From the NCBI GenBank assembly GCA_963668675.2, contig CAXXMB010000002.1, positions 992,001 through 1,056,000 on the forward strand: a DNA stretch of 64,000 nucleotides, read 5' to 3'. Positions within the stretch are counted from its first letter, which is position 1; every line of letters begins with the position of its first letter. Source of the stretch: an uncultured Desulfatitalea sp. GTDB lineage: Bacteria; Desulfobacterota; Desulfobacteria; Desulfobacterales; Desulfosarcinaceae. Below the pieces are notes generated by a model that worked only from the letters and a program-made list of their open reading frames with translations, was not told the DNA's origin and searched no databases. The position numbers and the translations under genes were made by a program. Below, piece after piece: positions 49,560 to 59,782 of the stretch.

Positions 49560-50598
49560 GATTGTCGAAGCCATTGCCCGTGACGACACCATTGCAGATC
49601 AGGATCTGTCCGGCATCGATCTTACAGGGATGGATCTTTCAGGAGCGCGGTTTGAAAACTGCTTTATGGGCAATGTCGATTTCCGCGGCGCCACCATTCA
49701 ACGCACTGGCTTCAAGGGGTGTGTCCTGCATGGCGCCAACATGAGCAATGCCGATCTGTCCCAGGTTCTCTGGATGGAGATGGACCTGACCGGAACCAAC
49801 CTCTCCGGGGCCAAACTGGAGAAGGCCGTGCTCACCGGTGCAAAACTCACCGACGCCAATCTGTCCGGGACTGATTTGACGCGCGCCGTTCTGGACAACG
49901 CTGTGCTTGACGGTGCCCATATGCGGCAGGCCGCTCTGACAAGAGCGGTCTTTTTTCAAGCGTCGTTAAAAGGGGTCGACTTGTCCACCGCAGATCTGAC
50001 CCGGGCTGTTTTTTTCAAGGCCGATCTGACCGGGGCCAACCTCAGCCGGATAAAGGCTCACAAGACCTTTCTGCGTGAGTGCGCACTGGCCAACCAGGAT
50101 TTTTCAGGGTGTGAGTTCTCCTGTGTGCAGGCCGGCGGCGCCGACCTGACCGGGGCCAAGTTTGCCGGCGCAGACGTGAACCGGTCCAACTTCATGGAGG
50201 CCACCCTGAACGGCGCCGACTTCAGCGCAGCCAAAGCGTTCGGTGCCGTCTTCATGGCGGCAGACCTGAAAGGTGCCCGGTTTGCAAAGGCACTCCTCAG
50301 CAACGCCTGCTTTGAAGGCGCGACCCTGAACGGCGCCGACTTTACGGCAGCCCGAATGGACCAGAGCCTGATGACCAAAAGCGCCTGCACGGGAACCGTC
50401 TTTGCGGGAGCCGATTGCTCAGGCTGCGACTTCTCCCATGCCGACCTGACGGCTGCCGACTTCTCCAACGCAAGCCTGTTTCGGGCCAAGATGCACCGGG
50501 CCATAGAGGAGCATACGATTTGGGACGGGTCCACGCGAAGCATGGCGCTGGAGACGGATGTGGATCTGGCTGCGGCGGAGGAGTGGAAGAAGAAATGA
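49546..50598 (+). CDS. Pentapeptide-repeat protein (TagB-like)
   Basis: Almost entirely A(D/N)(L/F)xx repeats. Confidence 0.92.
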   Translation: MTRNEIVEAIARDDTIADQDLSGIDLTGMDLSGARFENCFMGNVDFRGATIQRTGFKGCVLHGANMSNADLSQVLWMEMDLTGTNLSGAKLEKAVLTGAKLTDANLSGTDLTRAVLDNAVLDGAHMRQAALTRAVFFQASLKGVDLSTADLTRAVFFKADLTGANLSRIKAHKTFLRECALANQDFSGCEFSCVQAGGADLTGAKFAGADVNRSNFMEATLNGADFSAAKAFGAVFMAADLKGARFAKALLSNACFEGATLNGADFTAARMDQSLMTKSACTGTVFAGADCSGCDFSHADLTAADFSNASLFRAKMHRAIEEHTIWDGSTRSMALETDVDLAAAEEWKKK

Positions 50599-50678
50599 AC
50601 GTCCCGAATGAAAAATAGCGATAGTTGATAGAACAGCCCCATTTTGGGGATGAATCAAGAAGCTTATGGAGGCATAAA

Positions 50679-51332
50679 ATGCAAGAAGCTGCCCGGCATA
50701 TCGAATCCCCCTGGCTGGCCCTGGGATACGCCACTGTTGAATCCAGCAACGGCGATGACCTCATTGTTCAAACACCGACCGGTCGGACGCGGGCCCGGAA
50801 AGCGACCAGCTGCCTGCTGGTCCCGGAAGCGGGGGATCAAGTTCTGATTTCAGAAGACAACTTCGGTCGAAGCTACGTGCTGTCCGTTCTCGAACGCCTG
50901 GATGACCGAACGGGCAATCAAATCTCACTGAAAGGCCCGACCCGACTGGAGGTGACCGACGGTGATCTGACCCTGGCCGCGGAGAGCGGCCTTGGCCTGG
51001 CATCACCGGCTCGTATTGCCCTAACAGCCTCCGAACTGGATATTAACGCGTCCCGGGCCCAAATCGGCATAGAAGATACCCACCTGGCCGGTAAATCGCT
51101 GAGTGCCAGCATCGAGCAAATCCGTACCGTGGCACGAAGCATGGACAGTTTCATCAAGAACTGGGTCCAGCGCATGTCCTCTTGTTTTCGCTATGTCCGG
51201 GAGATCGATGAAACCCAAGCCGCCACGGCCAGGCAATTGGTCGAAGGCACCCTGACGGTCCAGACCGGCAACAGCGTGCATATGGCCGAGGGCCACGTCA
51301 AAATCGACGCCGAACAGATTCACCTGGGATGA
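50679..51332 (+). CDS. DUF3540 protein (TagC-like)
   Basis: ARKATSCLLVPEAGDQVL, YVLSVLER, VKIDAEQIHLG; GGAGG RBS before ATG 50679. Confidence 0.88.
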   Translation: MQEAARHIESPWLALGYATVESSNGDDLIVQTPTGRTRARKATSCLLVPEAGDQVLISEDNFGRSYVLSVLERLDDRTGNQISLKGPTRLEVTDGDLTLAAESGLGLASPARIALTASELDINASRAQIGIEDTHLAGKSLSASIEQIRTVARSMDSFIKNWVQRMSSCFRYVREIDETQAATARQLVEGTLTVQTGNSVHMAEGHVKIDAEQIHLG

Positions 51333-51342
51333 AGGAGGGAGC

Positions 51343-51747
51343 ATGTTTCAATTGACCATGATGGGCGGAATGATGATGGGTTTTCCGGATGTGTGCCTGA
51401 CGCCGACGCCGGCAGGCCCGATCCCCATCCCCTACCCCAACATCTCCACGGGGGTGACCACCATTCCCACCACCACAGCGCTTAACATACTGACCGACGG
51501 CATGCCGTCCCACAACCAGATGTCCGAGGTTTACATCAGCAACGGCGACAACGCAGGCGTCAACCTGGGCGTGGCCTCGGGGTCGGTGATGGGGCCCAGC
51601 GAGTTCATCCTGGGCAGCATGACCGTGCTCAAGGAGGGCATGCCCGCCCAGCGCATGACCAGCATGACCGGCCACAACGGCCTCTCCATGAACTGTCCCG
51701 GCGTCTGCCTGGCCCCCAGCCAAGTTACGGTGATGGTGATGGGCTGA
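51343..51747 (+). CDS. DUF4150 PAAR-like spike tip protein (TagD-like)
   Basis: FPDVCLTP..PIPYPN, SNGDNAG, APSQVTV. Confidence 0.9.
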   Translation: MFQLTMMGGMMMGFPDVCLTPTPAGPIPIPYPNISTGVTTIPTTTALNILTDGMPSHNQMSEVYISNGDNAGVNLGVASGSVMGPSEFILGSMTVLKEGMPAQRMTSMTGHNGLSMNCPGVCLAPSQVTVMVMG

Positions 51748-51783
51748 CGATGTGAAGCGCTGAAAAAAGGATCCCCTCGCTTC

Positions 51784-52530
51784 CTACGCTTTGCTGGTGG
51801 GCGCAGCTTTCGTTTGCCGCTTTTTGGGTTTACTTCCAAAGGGGCACGCCTTGATGCAGATGCCGCAAATCGGCGCATCGACCCCAGGCAGCCAGGCGAA
51901 ATTTTCGGTCAACTGTTCCACGCAACGGGTGAAGAAGAGCGCCTCATGCCTGTTCTTATAGTGGCTGTCGGTCTTCACCCCCTTGATGGCTTTGACCGGG
52001 CAGGCATCCCGGCACAAGGTGCAATCCCCGCAACGATTTTCGACCGGGCCATCGACTTCCAGGGGAGCCTCGGTGAGTATGCTGGCCAGGCGCACCCGGG
52101 GCCCATACTCGGGCGTGATCAGCAGCAGATTTTTTCCCTGCCAGCCCAGCCCAGCCATGCGGGCCACCGCTTTGTGGCTGATAGCGCCCTGCCATGCATT
52201 GCGGTCGAGCACCTGGGATGCCGGAATGGGGAGGGATCTGAAACCCTCGTTTTGCAAAACAACCGCTGTCTTAAAAGCAAGCTCATCCAGAATGCGATTG
52301 GCGGTTTGGTAGACGGCGCCATAGATGGGTGTCGGCTTGTCTGTTATCGTTTCGAAGGCCGAGAGGGGCAGCTGTACCGCTATCGATATGACCCGAGTGA
52401 ATCCGGATAGCAGGTCAGGGGGATTGACGTCCAACGCCTTCAGCGGCTCTGCATCAGCAACCCCGACCAGATCCGTGCCCCAATCAAGAACTGTTGTTTT
52501 AATTTGATGGGTAAAACCGGATGCTGTCAT
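51784..52530 (-). CDS. QueG-like 4Fe-4S dicluster protein
   Basis: ISHKAVARMAGLGWQGKN, YGPRVRL, CGDCTLCRDACP, CGICIKACP. Confidence 0.8.
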   Translation of the reverse strand: MTASGFTHQIKTTVLDWGTDLVGVADAEPLKALDVNPPDLLSGFTRVISIAVQLPLSAFETITDKPTPIYGAVYQTANRILDELAFKTAVVLQNEGFRSLPIPASQVLDRNAWQGAISHKAVARMAGLGWQGKNLLLITPEYGPRVRLASILTEAPLEVDGPVENRCGDCTLCRDACPVKAIKGVKTDSHYKNRHEALFFTRCVEQLTENFAWLPGVDAPICGICIKACPFGSKPKKRQTKAAPTSKA

Positions 52531-52623
52531 ATGATCCACCTGTCTCGTCCATGTTCAAACCATATCTGAGTATAGAGCCAGATAACAGCCACAGGCAAGC
52601 CGCAAAGTAAATTCGCCTTGACT

Positions 52624-53076
52624 TCAGGGCATCGTAGCGGCCTTGGCAAAGTTCCCAAGGGCAGTTTCGATTTTATTGATCACCTCTGTGCAAGCGTTAA
52701 TTTCGTGACGCGTGGCCAGGTACTTTGGGTCGTTGTACGAAAACCAGACCTGACCTGTTTCATCCTCCCAAATGAGCGCTTTTTGGGGGAGATCGATCGC
52801 AACGCTCTGGCGGCACTGCATCATCGGTGTGCCGACCTTTGGGTTACCAAAAATGACGAGTTGGGTGGGGCGAAGCGTTTTTCCGATCTTTTGAGCACCC
52901 TCTGCGTGATCTATCCGAATAAACACCGTCATCCCTTTTGCTTTCAATACCTTTTCGAGTCGGTCTGCGGTTGTGCCGACATCATGAGCGCTCTTTACGC
53001 TGATCATCCCACTGTCGGCCCAGGCAACCGATCCGATAAAAAATACGCCCATTAGGACGCAGAGCAGGCAACGCAT
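52624..53076 (-). CDS. DUF302 secreted protein
   Basis: Signal peptide, FIRIDH, LRPTQLVIFGNPKVGTPMM, IDLPQKALIWED. Confidence 0.9.
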   Translation of the reverse strand: MRCLLCVLMGVFFIGSVAWADSGMISVKSAHDVGTTADRLEKVLKAKGMTVFIRIDHAEGAQKIGKTLRPTQLVIFGNPKVGTPMMQCRQSVAIDLPQKALIWEDETGQVWFSYNDPKYLATRHEINACTEVINKIETALGNFAKAATMP

Positions 53077-53239
53077 GGCTTCTCCTCCTTATTCCGATGG
53101 CTGGATTATGGACTTGGCCATTCATCAATAGAACGTATCAATCACAACATTAGACAGCACCCATTATTGTAAAGTTACTCAGTGGTCTGTACAGCCCACT
53201 GAATCGGAAACCGCAATGCTTTCTGATGGAATGCTTCGA

Positions 53240-56200
53240 TCACGCCTGTTGAAGGGTTGCCTGGACGGCAAGCCCTATCTTTTCAAGGGTGTAGGGCTTT
53301 TTGATCATACGGGACACCCCCAGGCGCTTCACCTCCCTTATGCGGTCGGTTTCTGAAAAACCACTCGCGACAATCGCCTTCTGGCCCGGATGGAGGCGAA
53401 TCGCCTCCCTGTAAGTGTCCAATCCATCCATGCCCGGATCCATAATCATATCCAGTACCAGTAAATCGACCGCCTGCGCTTTAAGATAGACCACCGCCGC
53501 TTCTCCGCTGGAGACGGTAGCGACCTGATAACCCAATTCAGACAAAATGGCGGATGCAATCTCCCGCTGCTCCCGGACATCATCCACCACCAGGACGGAT
53601 TCGCCGTGGCCCCGGTATTCATCCATCGAGAGCGCCTCACGCTTCTCGACCGGCTTTCTGGTGACCGGGAAGTAGAGCGTAAAGCGGCTGCCCTCTCCCT
53701 GATCACTTTCAAAATCGATGTAGCCATTGTGATCCTTGACCACCCCCCAGACCACGGCCATTCCCAGCCCGGTACCGCTACGTCCCATCTTCTTCTTCGT
53801 GTAAAACGGCTCGAAGATGTGGTTCATGTCTTCCTTAGAGATGCCAACGCCCGTATCCAGAATGGTCAGGGCCGCATAATCGCCCTCTTTGACCATGTCG
53901 TACCCTTTGACGGGACGATCGATGTAGCAGTTTTCCGTGGAGATGGTGATATCGCCTTCCTCCTTTGTTGCCTCCAACGCATTGATGACCAGATTCATCA
54001 GCGTTTTGGTCAGGTGGGCGGGTGAACCGCTGATGTTCATCAGGTCGGTACTCAACCGGGGCGTGACGCGGACCTGTGGATAATACGAAAGGATCTTTTC
54101 ATGCTCCGGGCTCGCCAGATATTCCTGGACGATCTCGTTGAGATTGATCACCTCCGTCACCTCCAACCCCCTTCTGGCCAGGGTAAGCAGATCTTGAACG
54201 ATGGTGGCCGCCCGCTTGCCGGACTTCATAATCGTCTCGACCGGTTCACGCATCTCGTCATCCGGGTCCATCTGGTGGAGCAGCAGTTCCGGATAGCTCA
54301 CCAGACCCGAGAGAATATTGTTCAAATCGTGGGCAACACCCCCTGCCAGGTTACCGATCGCCTCCATCTTCTCGACGCGGCGCAGACGAACTTCCAACTG
54401 CTCTTTCTCCCTGGCCTCCTTTTTACGATTGGCGGCACCAATAGCCAGCGAGACCATATCGGCGATGGAGTGGGCAAAATTGCGCTCATCCATATGCCAA
54501 TTGCGTTTGACGTTCACCTGTTCAAAGCTGACCAGCCCCGCCATTGCGCTGTCGACAAGCACCGTAGCATCCAGCATCGAACGGATGCCCAGCTCCATTA
54601 TATAATCGTTGCGAAGACATATCAGTCGTGGGTCTTCCATGGCGTCCGATGCCGCAATGGTCCGACTGGATTCAAGGGATCTCAGATAGACGCGATAGTC
54701 CTCCACCCTGAACTCACCGCCTGGGGTGTGGCGACCGTCACCGAGCAGATAGATGTCGTGACACCTGACCTTCAAACCATGTTTATCAAGCAGCCATACA
54801 CTGCTGCGGTCGGCCTGCAGCGTCTTGCCGGCCGCCTCCATTATCACCTGCAAGGAGGCATCCAAATCACCGGTCTGTAAGGATTGGTCCCCTGCCAACC
54901 GCAGCAGGGCTTTGTTTTGCAGCCTCAGCCTCACCTGACTGTCCGACTGGAGGGATTCAGCCCTTTTTCGTTCAGTGATCTCCTTTTCCAACTCATGGGT
55001 CCGTTCACTGACCAGATCTTCAAGGTTGTCCCGGTGCATGGCCAGTTCAATTTTTGATGCTTCAAGATCGCCAATATGGCGCTCGACCGTGTCGGCCATG
55101 TCATTGTACGCCGTGGAGAGTTGTCCCATCTCATCCTTGGACGATGGCACCAGACGATGGCCGCGATCGCCCTCCTGAAAGCGTCGAATGCCGCTGATCA
55201 TGTTTGTAATTCTTCTGGTCAATAGGGCAGCCATGAAGATGGCGATGCCGATGACGATGACGATCATGATACTGGTGTAGAACGAGAGATCCTTAAACGC
55301 CTTTTGGAGCGTTGTTTGAATGAGGGCTCGACTCTCCCGCTTTTCAGACGCCAAATTTTCGGCAAATTGCGCCTCGATATGCTGAATGGTTTCGGCGGTC
55401 TCGATGGCCGGGCGATGAAACTCATCCACATTTGCGCCGATGGTCACATAACCGAACCCGCGCGGATGCTGCCCGTAGATGCCGGTGTGGTAGGGAATCG
55501 CCGCAGCCGTGGTCAATTTCCACAATCCGCTCCAGAAGATCAGAAACGAACCGGAGCCGCCATACTGGGTCAGGTTGTGCCAACCGTCGCATTGGGGCGC
55601 AAAATTGAGGTAGCGGCCGTCCAGCCCCAGCATACCGGCATCGGTCAACGGCTTGGCCGGCTTTTTGGAGAGGCGCTGCTCCTTGAACTGAGGTGCCCGT
55701 TTCTCAAAAGTCGCCATCGACCCATTGCTGCCCTTCCAGATCGCATACATCTCCTCATCCAGCCAGGGAACCGCCTGTTCGCCGGTTTGCGGATCATAGC
55801 CAACGATGAAATAGTCCCTTGGGTGGCTGATGTTGCGCCCCTTGTAGTCCCACATAAACGAATAGTTGCCGCTGCCGGCATCCGAAATGGCCGAATAGCG
55901 CTGATCGGTGGGGATCGGATGATCGGTGTACTCCATGATGTGAGTGTGGTCCAACGCCAGGGTGACATAGCCGCTGATCCGGCCGTTTTGAACGACGGGG
56001 GCAGCCCACCGCACCAATCCCTGAAAGCGGATACCCACAGGGTTCTCCTTGCCGGCATATCCCGACTTTTCAGGTTCGAATGCGATGCCCTTCTGTTCGG
56101 CCCGCTTCCGCGTATAGGGGCCGATCATGTGCCCTTTGATATAGGGCCCGATCACTTCCGAGACATAGATCTCCCCCGGTTTCAATTTGAGCAGTTCCTG

Positions 56201-56884
56201 GAAATAACGCTCTGCGCGACAATAGGTATTTCTGTAATCGGAGATATTTTTAAGAGACGTGGGTAAAACATTCGAGGTGGTCACCTTGACCCGCTCCTGC
56301 CCCGTCAAATCCACAAATGTCATCTCAAGATAGGTCGGCCGCTCTTCGACAACCCCATCCCCATCGGGCGCCCGATAGTTGAAATCACGCCGGTTGTCAT
56401 CATTTCTGGCCGAAACCACCTTCGTATCACCGATATCGAAAGGCCGGTCATCCACCCACTTTTCACCAGCCGGATCCATAATCCACGGACCGTGAAAAAT
56501 GACCGGGTGTTGTCGGGCAGCGACAAAACGCTCATACTCGGCACGGTCTGGACTCAATTGGGACGCCAGCCGGATGTCAACATCTCTGTCGTACAAAAAG
56601 TGAGCCACAGCCCTGGCCGTATCGGTGGTCAACCGCTCGATGGCTTCCCGGGACTTCTGATCCAGCGCCCGAATGGAGTTCTTCGTGGATAGATCGCTGA
56701 CCTCCTTCACCGCCTTACTGGTTCCGGAAATAATAGCGACATATTTACGCTCAACAGCACTGCCCAAACTAAAGATTTCGTCCCAGGCAACCCAGGCCAG
56801 CAACACCAGCGGAACCACCTTGATCAAGATAAAGATGGCGATCAACTTGGTACGAATTCCAGGCGAGTATCGAAACTTAGGCAA
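53240..56884 (-). CDS. Hybrid sensor histidine kinase (large periplasmic domain, HAMP, GAF, HisKA/HATPase, REC)
   Basis: AGGVAHDLNNIL, NLVINA, PFYTKK, GTGLG, LVVDD, DMIMDPGMDG; start taken at TTG 56884 (GGAG RBS). Confidence 0.92.
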   Translation of the reverse strand: MPKFRYSPGIRTKLIAIFILIKVVPLVLLAWVAWDEIFSLGSAVERKYVAIISGTSKAVKEVSDLSTKNSIRALDQKSREAIERLTTDTARAVAHFLYDRDVDIRLASQLSPDRAEYERFVAARQHPVIFHGPWIMDPAGEKWVDDRPFDIGDTKVVSARNDDNRRDFNYRAPDGDGVVEERPTYLEMTFVDLTGQERVKVTTSNVLPTSLKNISDYRNTYCRAERYFQELLKLKPGEIYVSEVIGPYIKGHMIGPYTRKRAEQKGIAFEPEKSGYAGKENPVGIRFQGLVRWAAPVVQNGRISGYVTLALDHTHIMEYTDHPIPTDQRYSAISDAGSGNYSFMWDYKGRNISHPRDYFIVGYDPQTGEQAVPWLDEEMYAIWKGSNGSMATFEKRAPQFKEQRLSKKPAKPLTDAGMLGLDGRYLNFAPQCDGWHNLTQYGGSGSFLIFWSGLWKLTTAAAIPYHTGIYGQHPRGFGYVTIGANVDEFHRPAIETAETIQHIEAQFAENLASEKRESRALIQTTLQKAFKDLSFYTSIMIVIVIGIAIFMAALLTRRITNMISGIRRFQEGDRGHRLVPSSKDEMGQLSTAYNDMADTVERHIGDLEASKIELAMHRDNLEDLVSERTHELEKEITERKRAESLQSDSQVRLRLQNKALLRLAGDQSLQTGDLDASLQVIMEAAGKTLQADRSSVWLLDKHGLKVRCHDIYLLGDGRHTPGGEFRVEDYRVYLRSLESSRTIAASDAMEDPRLICLRNDYIMELGIRSMLDATVLVDSAMAGLVSFEQVNVKRNWHMDERNFAHSIADMVSLAIGAANRKKEAREKEQLEVRLRRVEKMEAIGNLAGGVAHDLNNILSGLVSYPELLLHQMDPDDEMREPVETIMKSGKRAATIVQDLLTLARRGLEVTEVINLNEIVQEYLASPEHEKILSYYPQVRVTPRLSTDLMNISGSPAHLTKTLMNLVINALEATKEEGDITISTENCYIDRPVKGYDMVKEGDYAALTILDTGVGISKEDMNHIFEPFYTKKKMGRSGTGLGMAVVWGVVKDHNGYIDFESDQGEGSRFTLYFPVTRKPVEKREALSMDEYRGHGESVLVVDDVREQREIASAILSELGYQVATVSSGEAAVVYLKAQAVDLLVLDMIMDPGMDGLDTYREAIRLHPGQKAIVASGFSETDRIREVKRLGVSRMIKKPYTLEKIGLAVQATLQQA

Positions 56885-56927
56885 AACAGTTCTCCATTCT
56901 AGATAACTAAACGATAACACCAGTAAA

Positions 56928-56955
56928 ATATCGGCACTTTTGACCCAAAACCTTA
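56928..56955 (-). promoter_or_regulatory. Putative sigma28 (FliA) promoter
   Basis: Minus strand TAAGGTTT-N12-GCCGATAT versus consensus TAAAGTTT-N11-GCCGATAA. Confidence 0.55.
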
Positions 56956-57090
56956 GCTGCGGTCAAATTCAGCTCACCTCTCCCATCGCGATCAGATGAA
57001 AGATAAAGCTAATCCGCAGCGGGATAAGGGAGAAAGAAGAGGCAGGTGTTTATGCAGAAGGGCAATTTTGAATGCAGCTTTCCAGGGATA

Positions 57091-57783
57091 TCACTCCTTC
57101 ACCAACAGCCAAACCGTATCAAAATAGTCGATCATAAAATCGCCGTTCGAATGCCTTTCACACCGATCGAGACGGCGCTCTATCTCCTCTTTATAGGCGT
57201 CGCTCCATTGCTCATCCGGATGGGATGCCGTGCAATAGGCGTAGAGGTCATCAAGCCCGCTGCACGAAAAGAGCGGACGAATCTCATTTTTAAACGTCAA
57301 CCTGAATCCGTTGCCGATCGCCGACTCGATGGCCTTGATCGCACTCAAACTGCTCTCCGTCTCTTCATTGAAGATCTTCAAGATTTTGCCCGACGCGCCC
57401 CTGCCGCGGACAGGCTCCAGAATGAGCATCTTCCCTCCAGGTCGCAATACCCTTCTGCCCTCCTGCAGGGCCCTCAACTGGCTTTGATCGGGGACATGAT
57501 GCAATGATTCATTAAACATAACCGCATCGAATGAATCGTCCGCAAAGCAAAGAGCTTCAGCCTGCCCCACCAGAAACTGCAAATTCTCTTTTTTGTATCT
57601 CTTTCTCGCGGACCTCACAGAAGCACTGCCAGGATCAAATCCAACGGCAGCCCCGACCTGCTGCGCCACGAAGAAGGTCTTTTCACCATCCCCGCAACCC
57701 ACATCAAGCACCCGGTCATCCTCACCACCAGCAGCAAGCTGCAAAATCGTCTCTTTCTGAATCCCCGTACAATCAAAAATCAT
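57091..57783 (-). CDS. Class I SAM-dependent methyltransferase
   Basis: VLDVGCGDG, FDAVMFNESLHH, VLRPGG. Confidence 0.88.
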   Translation of the reverse strand: MIFDCTGIQKETILQLAAGGEDDRVLDVGCGDGEKTFFVAQQVGAAVGFDPGSASVRSARKRYKKENLQFLVGQAEALCFADDSFDAVMFNESLHHVPDQSQLRALQEGRRVLRPGGKMLILEPVRGRGASGKILKIFNEETESSLSAIKAIESAIGNGFRLTFKNEIRPLFSCSGLDDLYAYCTASHPDEQWSDAYKEEIERRLDRCERHSNGDFMIDYFDTVWLLVKE

Positions 57784-57822
57784 CGCTATGAACCCATCTA
57801 ATCAGAAGTATAACATCACCGG

Positions 57823-58485
57823 TCAGCCGCTTTCCACATCTCCACCTGCAGCTCTATTTCGGAACAACTGCATATAGAAATATTGCCCCACCTTCACCGT
57901 CTTTCCCGAAACCATTGGAACGACGCCCATCAACTCCTCCGGGGAATACCTCGACGTCAAAGGGGGACCAAAGGGTGTCTCTCTCTTCTCTATCTCCACA
58001 ATTGCCAACAAGGCATCCGGTTTAAGGACGCGCCTCACCTCCCGGATAAAATCCTGCATTTGAGTCCTGGAAAAGATATGTATCACCGTTGATATGTAGA
58101 CAAGATCTACGGAAGACTCCCGCAGAAGCGTCGGCCGTGTTATATCCCCCTCTATCACCTCGATATTGACCGCTTCCATTTCCCGCTCGAGCGCATTTAA
58201 GAAAGAGCGATCTCTATCCAGCGCATATACCATCCCGGATGGACCAACCTTCTTAGAAAACAGCATCGACATATACCCATTGCCACAGCCCGCATCCACA
58301 ACCGTCTGCCCATGGCAAACATTCAAAGCATCCAGCACAACGCCAGTCTCCAGAAGCCCTTCTGTGAATTTTGCCCTGTGCTGCTGCTTTGCTTTCAAGA
58401 TGTCATCCTTTACCACTTTAGCAAAAACCCTGCTATCATTTGAAGCTCTGCCTTCGTCTTGTAATTCACCCTTCGAGTTTCGCAA
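57823..58485 (-). CDS. Class I SAM-dependent methyltransferase (start uncertain)
   Basis: VVDAGCGNG, VGPSGMVYALD, RVLKP, TPFGPP. Confidence 0.8.
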   Translation of the reverse strand: MRNSKGELQDEGRASNDSRVFAKVVKDDILKAKQQHRAKFTEGLLETGVVLDALNVCHGQTVVDAGCGNGYMSMLFSKKVGPSGMVYALDRDRSFLNALEREMEAVNIEVIEGDITRPTLLRESSVDLVYISTVIHIFSRTQMQDFIREVRRVLKPDALLAIVEIEKRETPFGPPLTSRYSPEELMGVVPMVSGKTVKVGQYFYMQLFRNRAAGGDVESG

Positions 58486-58505
58486 AATCTACACGCGGAG
58501 GTAAG

Positions 58506-58673
58506 TCCAGTGGGTGGTCTGCACCTCGTCAGCATTACATTTTAGTGTCGTTTAGCTGCTGTGGAGGATCAGCGGCCCGGACTGTTTGACCGTTAGCGAG
58601 TTTCCGGGCCGCCCGGAAGAGCAGCTTAGCGACACTTAAATGCGTTTGCGTGAGGTGCAGACCACCCAATGGA
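58506..58673. repeat. Long palindromic element, copy 1
   Basis: Nested inverted arms around core gtggaggatcagcggcccggactgtttgaccgttagcgagtttccgggccgcccgga. Confidence 0.8.
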
Positions 58674-58733
58674 TTCGCCGGATCATGAACCCAGAAAGTT
58701 GAGTTGTAAGCTTTTATAACTCAACCCCATCCC

Positions 58734-59345
58734 CTACGGCACCACCCAGAAGGACTTCACTCGATCGTTGTCCCACTGAAACCGCGCCCTGTTGTTTCCC
58801 GTTTTGCTTAGCCGCAGCCAGTCGATGCTATCCACTATCCCTACAATAGCGGCAAAATTCGAGCGGCCCGCATCGGAATGCATCAGATGAGACAGCTGCC
58901 GGACCAGCCGGGCAGGCAAACCGGATGAGGGCTGGTCTATTGGCGTACCCGGGGGATGTTCGGTGCAGTAGTTGAGGCGGCTGAAGCCGTTTACCTGCGC
59001 CCAGCAGGCGTCCGCCACCCGATCATCGGTGTGCACCGCGGCCGGACCGGAGATGCGCAGTTGAATCTGTTTGCGCGGGTGGTAAAAGAGCCATTGCACA
59101 TGTCCATGCTCCCGAATCTCACCCACCTTGGCCGCCCGCGCGTCTGAAAAGCAGGTCAAGGTCCGCTCTTTTTCATCTGCGCCACGTAATATAACCGTGC
59201 GCACCTGGCAGCCCTGGGCACTATCCGTGGCAAGCGATACACAATGCATCGGATCTCGTGAATGGGCAACTCCTCTTCCAAGCAGAGCCCAAACCTTCGA
59301 GCGCACCTGCGCAAAGATTTCCTGATCCATGCCGCTTTTCATCAT
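58734..59345 (-). CDS. Pyridoxamine 5'-phosphate oxidase-like FMN-binding protein
   Basis: LAT, VRTVILR, DARAAKV, LFYHPRKQIQLRISG, IDWLRL. Confidence 0.85.
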   Translation of the reverse strand: MMKSGMDQEIFAQVRSKVWALLGRGVAHSRDPMHCVSLATDSAQGCQVRTVILRGADEKERTLTCFSDARAAKVGEIREHGHVQWLFYHPRKQIQLRISGPAAVHTDDRVADACWAQVNGFSRLNYCTEHPPGTPIDQPSSGLPARLVRQLSHLMHSDAGRSNFAAIVGIVDSIDWLRLSKTGNNRARFQWDNDRVKSFWVVP

Positions 59346-59457
59346 TGATCATTTTCCTCAGGTATGAGGTGAAAAACAACAGGAGGATCCGTATCACCAT
59401 TTCCCTGGAAATTAAATGGAGATCGCCATAAGTCATCGATTCAAAACCAATGGAGGC

Positions 59458-59631
59458 GTGTCTGGCAGGAGGTGCCCAATGCCTTCATCGTATGGTTTTA
59501 CCGCCGCTTGGATGCAGTGGAGGATAAGCGGTCCGCACTGTCTGAGCGTAACGAGTTTGCGGACCGCCCGGAGCGCATCATAGCGGCAGTTAAATCATGG
59601 AGCGTTTCATTGGGCACCCCCTGCCAGACAC
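59458..59631. repeat. Long palindromic element, copy 2
   Basis: Same core (gtggaggataagcggtccgcactgtctgagcgtaacgagtttgcggaccgcccgga) with different but self-complementary arms. Confidence 0.8.
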
Positions 59632-59782
59632 CCCGGCTCCCACCCATTCACTGCATAAACATCACCTTCCTCGAATTAAATTTCGAAAAATTTCGTTTAC
59701 GGAACCCTTCAGACTATTTAAAAATAGACCGATATTCATTATCGAAAGCCTTGAGCCCAAAACTTAAATCAACGGACCCGAT

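Noticed and set aside
48600..50598. DNA-level tandem repeat array or Qnr resistance gene
   Set aside because: The periodicity reflects pentapeptide protein repeats in a T6SS accessory context.
51784..52530. Reductive dehalogenase or T6SS immunity gene
   Set aside because: Too short, no Tat signal or rdhB partner; convergent to the T6SS and fits the generic QueG-like family.
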